32,000 nt of DNA from NCBI RefSeq assembly GCF_000025685.1, contig NC_013966.1, positions 510,001 through 542,000 of the forward strand, written 5' to 3'. The stretch is from Haloferax volcanii DS2. Lineage in GTDB: Archaea; Halobacteriota; Halobacteria; Halobacteriales; Haloferacaceae. Of the stretch, positions 8,187 to 15,322 are shown one piece after another; positions within the stretch are counted from its first letter, which is position 1, and each line of letters begins with the position of its first letter. Both the position numbers and the translations under genes were made by a program. Under the pieces are notes generated by a model that saw only the letters and a list, made by a program, of their open reading frames with translations, made no database searches and was not told the origin of the DNA.

Positions 8187-8210
8187 GTTCGCACAGGTTC
8201 GTTAAGTTCG
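8187..8210. repeat. Three phased GTTCG repeats in the thioesterase upstream region
   Basis: GTTCG occurs at 8187, 8197 and 8206 (spacing 10 and 9 nt), all in one orientation. They flank a weak A/T element directly upstream of ATG 8179. Confidence 0.4.
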
Positions 8211-8258
8211 TTTCGTCGGTCGGCCCCGGCCGGGCGGCCGACGAGACGCCGAGAGCCG

Positions 8259-8876
8259 TCAGTCGGCCATCGAGACGCCGAGGTACCGGTCGAGCACCTC
8301 GTCGGCGGCCGCGCCGTCGTCGTTCAGTTCCTCGATTTTTCGCTGGACCTGCTTGACGACGGCGGGCGCGAGCCCTTCGGTCGGCTCGTCGAGCAACAGG
8401 AGGTCCGGCGCGGAGACGAGCGCGCGGGCGATGGCGAGCATCTGCTGTTCGCCGCCCGAGAGGTTCGCACCCCGGCTGTTCCGGTGGCGCGCGAGGTTCT
8501 CGAACTCGTCGACGATGGCGTCGACGGTCGGTTTTTCGGCGTCTCGACGACCGCCGATGCGGCCGATTTCGACGTTCTCGGAGACGGTCAGGCCGGGGAA
8601 GACGCGGCGCTCCTCGGGGACGAGTGCGATGCCCTCGCGGGCGGTCTTCTCCGGCGACAGCGTCGTGATGTCCGCCCCGTCGAAGGTGATAGTCCCCTCG
8701 GACGGCGGGACGTTCCCGAGGATGCTCCGGAGCGTCGTCGTCTTGCCGACGCCGTTGCGCCCGATGAGCGTGACGACCGACCCGCGAGGCACGTCGAAGT
8801 CGATGCCTTGCAGGACGCGGGTCGACCCGTAGCCCGAGACGAGTCCGCGGACGGACAAGAGCGGGTCGTCGCTCAC
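8259..8876 (-). CDS. livF: LivF-type ABC ATPase, abnormally short (in-frame loss of the switch region)
   Basis: GTG start with GTGA overlap onto livG. Walker A (GRNGVGKTT), signature (LSGGEQQ) and Walker B (LLLLDEPTEGL) are present. The sequence jumps from ...KIEELNDDG directly to AAADEVLDRYLGVSMAD. The protein is 205 aa; typical LivF is about 235-240 aa. Confidence 0.8.
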   Translation of the reverse strand: MSDDPLLSVRGLVSGYGSTRVLQGIDFDVPRGSVVTLIGRNGVGKTTTLRSILGNVPPSEGTITFDGADITTLSPEKTAREGIALVPEERRVFPGLTVSENVEIGRIGGRRDAEKPTVDAIVDEFENLARHRNSRGANLSGGEQQMLAIARALVSAPDLLLLDEPTEGLAPAVVKQVQRKIEELNDDGAAADEVLDRYLGVSMAD

Positions 8877-9637
8877 GTCTCGACACCCCCGAAGTAGGCC
8901 TCGCGGACCTCCGGGTCCTCCGAGACGGCCGCGGGCGTCCCCTCGGCCAGGACCTCGCCGCGGTGGAGGACCGTGATGCGGTCGGACACCCGCATCACGA
9001 GGTCGATATCGTGTTCGATGAGCAGGAGCGTCCGGTCCGACAGCACCTCGTCGATGAGGTCCATCGTGGCCCGCGTCTCCTCGGCGCTCATGCCGGCGGT
9101 CGGCTCGTCCAGAAGCACCATGTCGGGGTCGGTGGCGAGCACGATGGCGATTTCGAGCCGGCGCTTGTCGCCGTAGGCGAGCACGTCCGCGGGTTCGTCG
9201 CCGCGGCCCAAGAGGCCGGAGCGGTCGAGCACGCGGTCGGTGTGTTCGTTCACGTCGTCGAAGGCGTCGCTTCGCCGGAGGTACGCTTCGACCGGCGTGA
9301 AGCCGCCTTCGCGGGCCGCCTGCGCGGCGAGGCGGACGTTCTCGCGGACCGTGAGCCCCGAGAAGACGTTCGTGATTTGGAACGACCGGCCGAGGCCGCG
9401 GCGCACGCGCTCGTGCGGCGGGAGCGCGGTCACGTTCTCGCCGTTGAACGTCACGGTGCCGCGGGTCGGCCGGAGCGCGCCGGTCAGGAGGTTGAACGTG
9501 GTCGTCTTGCCGGCCCCGTTCGGGCCGATGAGGCTCCGGAACTCGCCGCGTTCCACGTCGAGGGTCACGTCGTCGACGGCGACGAGCTTTCCGAACTCCT
9601 TCGTCAGGTTCTCGGTCCGCAGTATCGGGTCACTCAC
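8873..9637 (-). CDS. livG: LivG-type ABC ATPase
   Basis: 254 aa with Walker A GPNGAGKTT, LivG-type signature YGDKRRLEIA, Walker B MVLLDEPTAGM and H-loop LLLIEHD. The GTG start overlaps the permease stop by 8 nt. Confidence 0.9.
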   Translation of the reverse strand: MSDPILRTENLTKEFGKLVAVDDVTLDVERGEFRSLIGPNGAGKTTTFNLLTGALRPTRGTVTFNGENVTALPPHERVRRGLGRSFQITNVFSGLTVRENVRLAAQAAREGGFTPVEAYLRRSDAFDDVNEHTDRVLDRSGLLGRGDEPADVLAYGDKRRLEIAIVLATDPDMVLLDEPTAGMSAEETRATMDLIDEVLSDRTLLLIEHDIDLVMRVSDRITVLHRGEVLAEGTPAAVSEDPEVREAYFGGVET

Positions 9638-11576
9638 GGCGGTCTACCTCCGGGTCGGTGACGCCGGCCTGTTCGCCGACGCGGTCGCGGAACCGGCCGC
9701 CGACGGCCGATTCGAAAAGCGGGTGGTCCGCCACCGTCCGCGAGAGCGACACGAGCCCCCGCGGCACGAAGATGACGAACAGGACGAACAGCACGCCGGT
9801 GACGAGCTGCCACTGGTCGATGTACGACGAGAGCACGTCCTCCGCGGCGACGAAGACGCCCGCGCCGAGCATCGGCCCGTAGAGCGTTCCCATGCCGCCG
9901 AGGACGGTCATCACGATGACCTCGCCCGAGTTTATCCAGTGGAGGAACGACGGCGCGACGTAGCCGTTGTCGGCGGCGAACAGCCCGCCGGCGACCCCCG
10001 CGAGGCCGCCGGAGACGACGAAGGCGCGGCGCTTGTAGGCGGTTACGTCGTAGCCGATGAACGAGGCGCGCTCTTCGCTCTCGCGGATGGACTGCAACAC
10101 CGAGCCGAACGGCGCGCGGATGAGGCGGCGGGCCAGCAGGTACGACCCTACCACGACGGCGAGGAGGAAGTAGTACTGGACGACGCCGCCGTCGTGGACG
10201 AACGGACCCAGCGGGACCGCGAACTCGCCGGGGTCGACGCCGAGGCCGGCGAGACCGTAGAACGCGTCGACGCCGAACAGGCCGTCGGGGCCGCCGGTGA
10301 AGTCGAACTTGAACACGGCGTTGTAGAACAGCTCCGCGAACCCGAGAGTTATCATGGCGAAGAACACCCCGGACACGCGTATCGAGAGGTAGCCGACGCC
10401 CCACGCGATGGCCGCGCAGACGGCGACGGCGACGGCGAGCGCGACGAACACCGACGGCGAGAGGTGCATGAGCGTGAGAACCGAGGCGTACGCGCCGACC
10501 CCGTAAAACAGCGTGTGACCGAGCGAGACGAGGCCCGCGTAGCCGAGCACGAGGTCGAGGCTGAGCGCGAACAGCGCCCAGATGAGGATGTCTTCGAGGA
10601 GCGTCACGGAGTAGGTGACGCCGGTCACCTCCGCGAGAAGCGGGACGACGAGGAGCGCGCCGACGCCGGCGTAGCCGAGTTTCGCGCGGGTCTCCGCGGA
10701 CAGCACGCCGCCGCCGGAGCCGTGGAGGAGCGCGCCGTCGTGGTGGTCGCCCGCGCCGACGCTCGTGCCGAACAGCCCCGTCGGCTTGACGACGAGCACG
10801 GAAATCATGAGCAGGAAGACGATGAGTCCCTCCAGGAACGGCGCGTACGTCCGGGCGAACGTCTGGACGAGACCGACGAACAGACCGCCGACCACGGCCC
10901 CGCGGAACGACCCGAGGCCGCCGAGAACGACGATGACGAACGCCGGGATGATGACCGAACTTCCCATCGTCGGGCTGACGTTCTGGTACGCGCCGAGGAC
11001 GATGCCGGCGACGCCGGCGAGCGCCGCGCCGAACCCGAACGTCAGGGTGTAGTAGCGGTCGATGTCGATGCCGAGGGTGCGGACCATCTCGCGGTCCTCG
11101 GAGCCGGCGCGGATTATCATCCCGAAGCGGGTGCGGTTCAACAGGAGCCACGTGCCGAGCGCCAGCGCCGACCCGAAGACGATGATGCCGTAGTTGTACA
11201 GCGAGTAGTTGAACCCGAACAGCGCGACCGGCTGGTCGAGAATCGGGGGAATCGGAAACGGCTGGGCGGACTTGCCCCACGCCGACGTGATGAGGTCGTT
11301 GACGATGAGGACGAGTCCGAACGTCAGGAGGATGTGGTACAGCGGGTCGCGGCCGTACAGCCGCTTGACGGTGAGCCGCTCGATGCCCATCCCGACGACG
11401 CCGACGAGGAGGGGCGCGACGACGAGCGCGACCCAGAAGCCCGCGCCGCCGAGGGGGCCGGCGATGGCGAACGCGAAGTACGCGCCGAGGGCGAACTGTT
11501 CGCCGTGGGCGAAGTTGATGACGTCCATGACGCCGAAGATAATGGAGAGCCCGGCAGCGAGCAGGACGTACACCAT
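9630..11576 (-). CDS. Fused LivH-LivM branched-chain-amino-acid-type ABC permease
   Basis: 648-aa polytopic protein. The N-terminal half has the LivH signature VINFAHGE. A Gly/His-rich linker (about aa 275-300) precedes a LivM-like half (LGYAGLVSLGH). The N-terminus appears short relative to LivH homologues. Confidence 0.85.
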   Translation of the reverse strand: MVYVLLAAGLSIIFGVMDVINFAHGEQFALGAYFAFAIAGPLGGAGFWVALVVAPLLVGVVGMGIERLTVKRLYGRDPLYHILLTFGLVLIVNDLITSAWGKSAQPFPIPPILDQPVALFGFNYSLYNYGIIVFGSALALGTWLLLNRTRFGMIIRAGSEDREMVRTLGIDIDRYYTLTFGFGAALAGVAGIVLGAYQNVSPTMGSSVIIPAFVIVVLGGLGSFRGAVVGGLFVGLVQTFARTYAPFLEGLIVFLLMISVLVVKPTGLFGTSVGAGDHHDGALLHGSGGGVLSAETRAKLGYAGVGALLVVPLLAEVTGVTYSVTLLEDILIWALFALSLDLVLGYAGLVSLGHTLFYGVGAYASVLTLMHLSPSVFVALAVAVAVCAAIAWGVGYLSIRVSGVFFAMITLGFAELFYNAVFKFDFTGGPDGLFGVDAFYGLAGLGVDPGEFAVPLGPFVHDGGVVQYYFLLAVVVGSYLLARRLIRAPFGSVLQSIRESEERASFIGYDVTAYKRRAFVVSGGLAGVAGGLFAADNGYVAPSFLHWINSGEVIVMTVLGGMGTLYGPMLGAGVFVAAEDVLSSYIDQWQLVTGVLFVLFVIFVPRGLVSLSRTVADHPLFESAVGGRFRDRVGEQAGVTDPEVDRRE

Positions 11577-11625
11577 CCCGACGACGAGAACGTTGCGTTC
11601 GGCCCTGAGCCCCCGGTTCGGTCCC

Positions 11626-12630
11626 TCAGGCGAGTCGCGGTCGGACCTCGTCGCCGAGTCGGCGGACGGACTCGACCATCCGGTCGGTGCCGATGCCGGG
11701 GTAGTAGGTACGGAAGATGAAGTGGATGTCGTCGCCGAGCGCGTCGCGGTAGCGGTCGAGCTCCGCGACCACGTCGTCGGGCGTACCGAAGACGGCCTGT
11801 GCTTTGAGTTCCGCCCGGCGCTCGTCGGACAGTTCGTGGACCTCGTCGCCGGAGAACATCTCGGCGTACCGGCGCTGGAGGTAGAGGTAGCCGTCTCTCA
11901 TCGCGTCCCACGCCTCGGCCTTCGAGTCACCGACGAAACCGTGTTGGAGGACGTATATCGTGAACTCACCGTCGAGTCCCTCGGCCTCCCGGACGCTCCG
12001 AATGTCCTCGACGCGCTTGCGCACGCCGTCGAGGGAGAGCGACGACGGCGCGCACCACGCGTCCGCCGTCCGGGCCGCCCGGCGAACCGCGGGCTTGGCC
12101 GCGCCGCCGAGCATGAGGGGCACGTCGTGTGCCGGCTTGGGCGTCACGTCGACACCGGTCGCACCCTCGTGAAACGGCGACTCGTGCGCTATCGGACCGT
12201 CTGACCACGCGTCGCGGAGGAGGGAGACGGCGTCGGCGAGGCGGTCGACGCGCTCGTCTCGCGGAACGCCGAAGGCGTCGAACTCGCGGGGGTTCGAGCC
12301 GATTGCGAGGCCGAGCGTCGTTCGCCCGCCCGAGATGAGGTCGACCGTCGCCGCGTCCTCCGCGAGCCGAATCGGGTCGTACAGCGGCGCGAGCGCGATA
12401 CACGTCCCGAGTTCGACCGACTCGGTCGCCGCCCCGAGCGCCCCGAGCGCGGGCATCGTCCCCGAGAGGTAGCCGTCCGGCATGAAGTGGTGTTCGGACA
12501 CCCACGCGCTGTCGAGGCCCGCGTCGTCTATCTCCCGCCCGAGCGTCAGCATCTCGTCGTACAGGTCGGCCATCGCCCGGTCGTCGTCCGGCCGCCGCTG
12601 GCAGGTGAACAGTCCCGTCCCGAGTTTCAT
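11626..12630 (-). CDS. LLM-class (luciferase-like) flavin-dependent oxidoreductase
   Basis: 334 aa with the SAWVSEHHF motif and TIM-barrel LLM architecture. It is the first gene of the minus-strand unit that continues into the ABC transporter. Confidence 0.85.
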   Translation of the reverse strand: MKLGTGLFTCQRRPDDDRAMADLYDEMLTLGREIDDAGLDSAWVSEHHFMPDGYLSGTMPALGALGAATESVELGTCIALAPLYDPIRLAEDAATVDLISGGRTTLGLAIGSNPREFDAFGVPRDERVDRLADAVSLLRDAWSDGPIAHESPFHEGATGVDVTPKPAHDVPLMLGGAAKPAVRRAARTADAWCAPSSLSLDGVRKRVEDIRSVREAEGLDGEFTIYVLQHGFVGDSKAEAWDAMRDGYLYLQRRYAEMFSGDEVHELSDERRAELKAQAVFGTPDDVVAELDRYRDALGDDIHFIFRTYYPGIGTDRMVESVRRLGDEVRPRLA

Positions 12631-12651
12631 GACTCTGAGTTCGTACCTTAG

Positions 12652-12661
12652 CTATTAATAG
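12652..12661. promoter_or_regulatory. Perfect palindromic TATA element CTATTAATAG, candidate bidirectional promoter
   Basis: 10-bp perfect palindrome centred about 26 nt from ATG 12630 (minus) and about 29 nt from ATG 12686 (plus). It is flanked by direct GAGTTCGT repeats at 12637-12644 and 12673-12680. Confidence 0.5.
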
Positions 12662-12685
12662 TTAGGAACACCGAGTTCGTCGGAG

Positions 12686-12925
12686 ATGAGTCCCGACGAC
12701 TCGGCACCCTCGGATTCGACGACTGCGACCGCGACCGCGACGGAGCCAGCGCCGCCGGCCGCGCGCGTCGTGGGGCGCGCGGTGGAAGACGGCTGGACCG
12801 AGGCGTTCGTCTCGCCGCGAAGCCCGACCGGCGCGCTCTTTCAGTTGATGGAGTACCACGACGACTACGGTGAGAAGGGAGCCGACGACGCGTTGTTCGT
12901 CCGCGGCGAGCGGTTGGATTCGTGA
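12686..12925 (+). CDS. Short ORF resembling only the C-terminal strand set of a VOC/glyoxalase (methylmalonyl-CoA-epimerase-like) protein; possible gene remnant
   Basis: 79 aa. GWTEAFVSPRSPTGALFQLMEY resembles the VOC C-terminal motif (AF..P....G.L.EL.E). The N-terminus is low-complexity (TTATATATEPAPPAA). Third-codon G/C is about 86 percent and promoter spacing is good, which argues it is or recently was coding. Confidence 0.45.
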   Translation: MSPDDSAPSDSTTATATATEPAPPAARVVGRAVEDGWTEAFVSPRSPTGALFQLMEYHDDYGEKGADDALFVRGERLDS

Positions 12926-12945
12926 GTCGCCGGTCGGGGAGCCGC

Positions 12946-13416
12946 TTACTCCGCGGCCGACTTCGTCTTGATGAGGAACTTCATGTCGCCTTCGAGGACG
13001 ACCGTGCCGTCCTGCTTCGTCATCTCGATTTCGAGGACGACCAAGCCGGCGTCGTCGCGGCTCCCGAGGTCCTTCCGCTCCGAGACGACCATCGTCTGCG
13101 AGAGCGTGTCACCGATGAACACCGGGTTCGGCAGGTCCATGTAGTTCATCCCGAGGAAGGCGATGGCGGTGCGCTCGACGATGCCCGACCGGTACACGAA
13201 GCCGGTCGACTGGACGAACGTCATCGGCCCGTGGGCGATTCGCTGGCCGAACTGGGTGTCTTCCGCGTACTCGCTGTTCGTGTGGAGTTCGGTCCAGTCG
13301 CCCGACAGCGCGGAGTGCATCATGAAGTCCGCCTCGGTGACGGTGCGACCGACGCTCTGGAACTCCTTGCCCTCCTCGAAGTCCTCGAAGTAGTGCGGTT
13401 CGTAGCTGTATGCCAT
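12946..13416 (-). CDS. MaoC-like (R)-specific enoyl-CoA hydratase, hotdog fold (candidate PaaZ-hydratase equivalent)
   Basis: 156 aa with a MaoC dehydratase pattern (...FGQRIAHGPMTF...). TATA-like TTTATC lies about 21 nt upstream on the minus strand. Confidence 0.82.
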   Translation of the reverse strand: MAYSYEPHYFEDFEEGKEFQSVGRTVTEADFMMHSALSGDWTELHTNSEYAEDTQFGQRIAHGPMTFVQSTGFVYRSGIVERTAIAFLGMNYMDLPNPVFIGDTLSQTMVVSERKDLGSRDDAGLVVLEIEMTKQDGTVVLEGDMKFLIKTKSAAE

Positions 13417-13512
13417 ACCTCACCGTCACCGCCATCAGATAAAGTAGTTTACATACCTATCTTTCCTGACAGTCGGTGGCTACTTGGGGAGCGCAGGACG
13501 ACGTGTGGTCGC

Positions 13513-13923
13513 ATGTCGGAGCAAGACGACTACGCGGAGATACGGGAGCGCGCCTCGAACGACCCCTACTGCGGGCGCGTCGGCATCGACCTCGCCGAGG
13601 TCGGTGACGGGTACGCGGAGACGACGCTGACCGTGGCCGAAGACCACCTGAACTTCCACGGGACGCCCCACGGAGGCGCGGTGTACAGCCTCGCGGACGC
13701 GGCCTTCGCGGCCGCCTCGAACAGCCACGGCGACGCCGCGTTCGCGCTGGAGACGAACATCTCGTACCTCGCGGCCGCCGAGGTGGGCGAGACGCTCCGC
13801 GCGGTCGCCCGGGAGACGCACCTCGGGCGACGGACCGCGGAGTACGAGGTCGTCGTCTCCGGCGGGGACGGCGAGCGAATCGCGACCTTTCGGGGGCGCG
13901 TCTACAAGCCCGGCGGTCGCTGA
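13513..13923 (+). CDS. paaI: PaaI-type phenylacetyl-CoA-family thioesterase (copy 2)
   Basis: ATG 13513 within ORF 12922..13923 (the upstream part is antisense shadow of maoC). It has the hotdog motif HGTPHGGAVYSLADAAF. It is convergent with, and 9 nt from, paaK. Confidence 0.85.
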   Translation: MSEQDDYAEIRERASNDPYCGRVGIDLAEVGDGYAETTLTVAEDHLNFHGTPHGGAVYSLADAAFAAASNSHGDAAFALETNISYLAAAEVGETLRAVARETHLGRRTAEYEVVVSGGDGERIATFRGRVYKPGGR

Positions 13924-13932
13924 CGACGCGCG

Positions 13933-15222
13933 TTACTGGCCGCGGTGGTCGTAGACGCGCTGGACCTTTCCGACCTCGGTGCGCGCGATGTCGCCGTACT
14001 CGACGAGGTGCAGTTCGTCGGGCGTAAACGAGAGCACGTTCGAGAGTCGCTTTTGAATCCGCCCTTCGAGGTCCGACAGCGACCCGCCGAACTCCTCGAC
14101 CAGTTCGACCGTGATTTCGACCCGGTCGAGGCTCCCCTCGCGGCGGAGGTCGATGCGGTAGTGCGGCGCGATTTCGTCGAACTCGAGGACGACCGACTCG
14201 ACCTCGCTCGGGTAGAAGTTCACGCCGCGGACGATTATCAGGTCGTCCGACCGGCCCGTGATGTTGTCCATGCGGACGCAGGTTCGGCCGCACTCGCAGG
14301 TGTCGTAGTCCAGCGTGGTCAGGTCGCCCGTCCGATACCGGAGGACAGGCAGCGCGTCCTTCGCGAGGGTCGTCAACACGAGTTCGCCCTCCTCGCCCTC
14401 CTCGACGGGGTCGCCCGTGTTCGGGTCGACCACCTCGGGGTAGAAGTAGTCCTCCCAGATGTGCAGGCCGTCCTGCGCTTCGCACTCGACGGAGACGCCG
14501 GGGCCGACGATTTCCGAGAGGCCGTAGATGTCGATGCCGGTCACGCCGAGTCGCTCTTCGATTTCGTTTCGCATCGGTTCGGTGCAGGGTTCCGCGCCGA
14601 AGATGACCGTCCGAAGCGGCAGGTCGCGGATGTCGGTTCCCATGTCGTCTGCGACCTCGGCGAGATAGAGCGCGTACGACGGGGTACACGCGATGACGTC
14701 GCTTCCGAGGTCGGAGAGCAGTTCCACCTGTCTTTGGGTGTTGCCGCCGCCGATGGGGATGACCGTCGCGCCGAGTTCCTCGACGCCCTGGTGGAGGCCG
14801 AGACCGCCGGTGAACAGACCGTAGCCGTAGGCGTTCTGGACCACGTCGTCCGAACCGACGCCGGCCGCGACGAGACACCGCGCGACCGCCTTGCTCCACA
14901 CGTCGAGGTCCTCGCGGGTGTAGCCGACGATTTTGGGCTTGCCGGTCGTGCCCGACGACGCGTGGACGCGAATCACGTCGTCCATGTCGACCGCGAACAT
15001 CCCCGTGGGGTAGTGGTCGCGGAAGTCCTCCTTCGTCGTGAACGGCAGTTTCGACAGGTCTTCGACGCTCTCGATGTCAGCGGGCGAGAGCCCGGCCGCG
15101 TCGAACGTCTCGCGGTAGAACTCGACGTTCTCGTACGCGTTCCGAACCGTCTCCCGCAGGCGACCGTCCTGCACCTCGCGGAGCTCCTCCCGCGAGGCGG
15201 TCTCCGTGCTATCGAATACCAT
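13933..15222 (-). CDS. paaK: Phenylacetate-CoA ligase PaaK
   Basis: ORF 13933..15279 trimmed to ATG 15222 (MVFDSTETASREEL...). It has the AMP-binding loop SSGTTGKPK and a PaaK-type N-terminus (LRETVRNAYENVEFYRETF). TATA TTTTTATCAC (reverse of 15248-15257) lies about 25 nt upstream. Confidence 0.92.
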   Translation of the reverse strand: MVFDSTETASREELREVQDGRLRETVRNAYENVEFYRETFDAAGLSPADIESVEDLSKLPFTTKEDFRDHYPTGMFAVDMDDVIRVHASSGTTGKPKIVGYTREDLDVWSKAVARCLVAAGVGSDDVVQNAYGYGLFTGGLGLHQGVEELGATVIPIGGGNTQRQVELLSDLGSDVIACTPSYALYLAEVADDMGTDIRDLPLRTVIFGAEPCTEPMRNEIEERLGVTGIDIYGLSEIVGPGVSVECEAQDGLHIWEDYFYPEVVDPNTGDPVEEGEEGELVLTTLAKDALPVLRYRTGDLTTLDYDTCECGRTCVRMDNITGRSDDLIIVRGVNFYPSEVESVVLEFDEIAPHYRIDLRREGSLDRVEITVELVEEFGGSLSDLEGRIQKRLSNVLSFTPDELHLVEYGDIARTEVGKVQRVYDHRGQ

Positions 15223-15322
15223 ATACGTTTGAACCCGATGATAGAATGTGATAAAAATGATGCGGTCGCCCGACCGCACTGCGGGGCGAACCTATTTCGC
15301 GAGGGATACGTAATCGACTATC

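Noticed and set aside
8180-8194. GTG 8194 as the start of the thioesterase (MRTGG extension)
   Set aside because: The extension overlaps the GTTCG repeat and weak TATA region. ATG 8179 gives a typical hotdog thioesterase N-terminus. The alternative start cannot be excluded without N-terminal data.
9240-11720. 826-aa plus-strand ORF, the longest in the track
   Set aside because: It lies entirely antisense to the LivG/LivHM genes. Its product is Arg/Asp/Glu/Pro/Gly-rich low-complexity sequence with no motifs. This is a typical high-GC shadow ORF, while the minus-strand frame has clear ABC permease and ATPase motifs.
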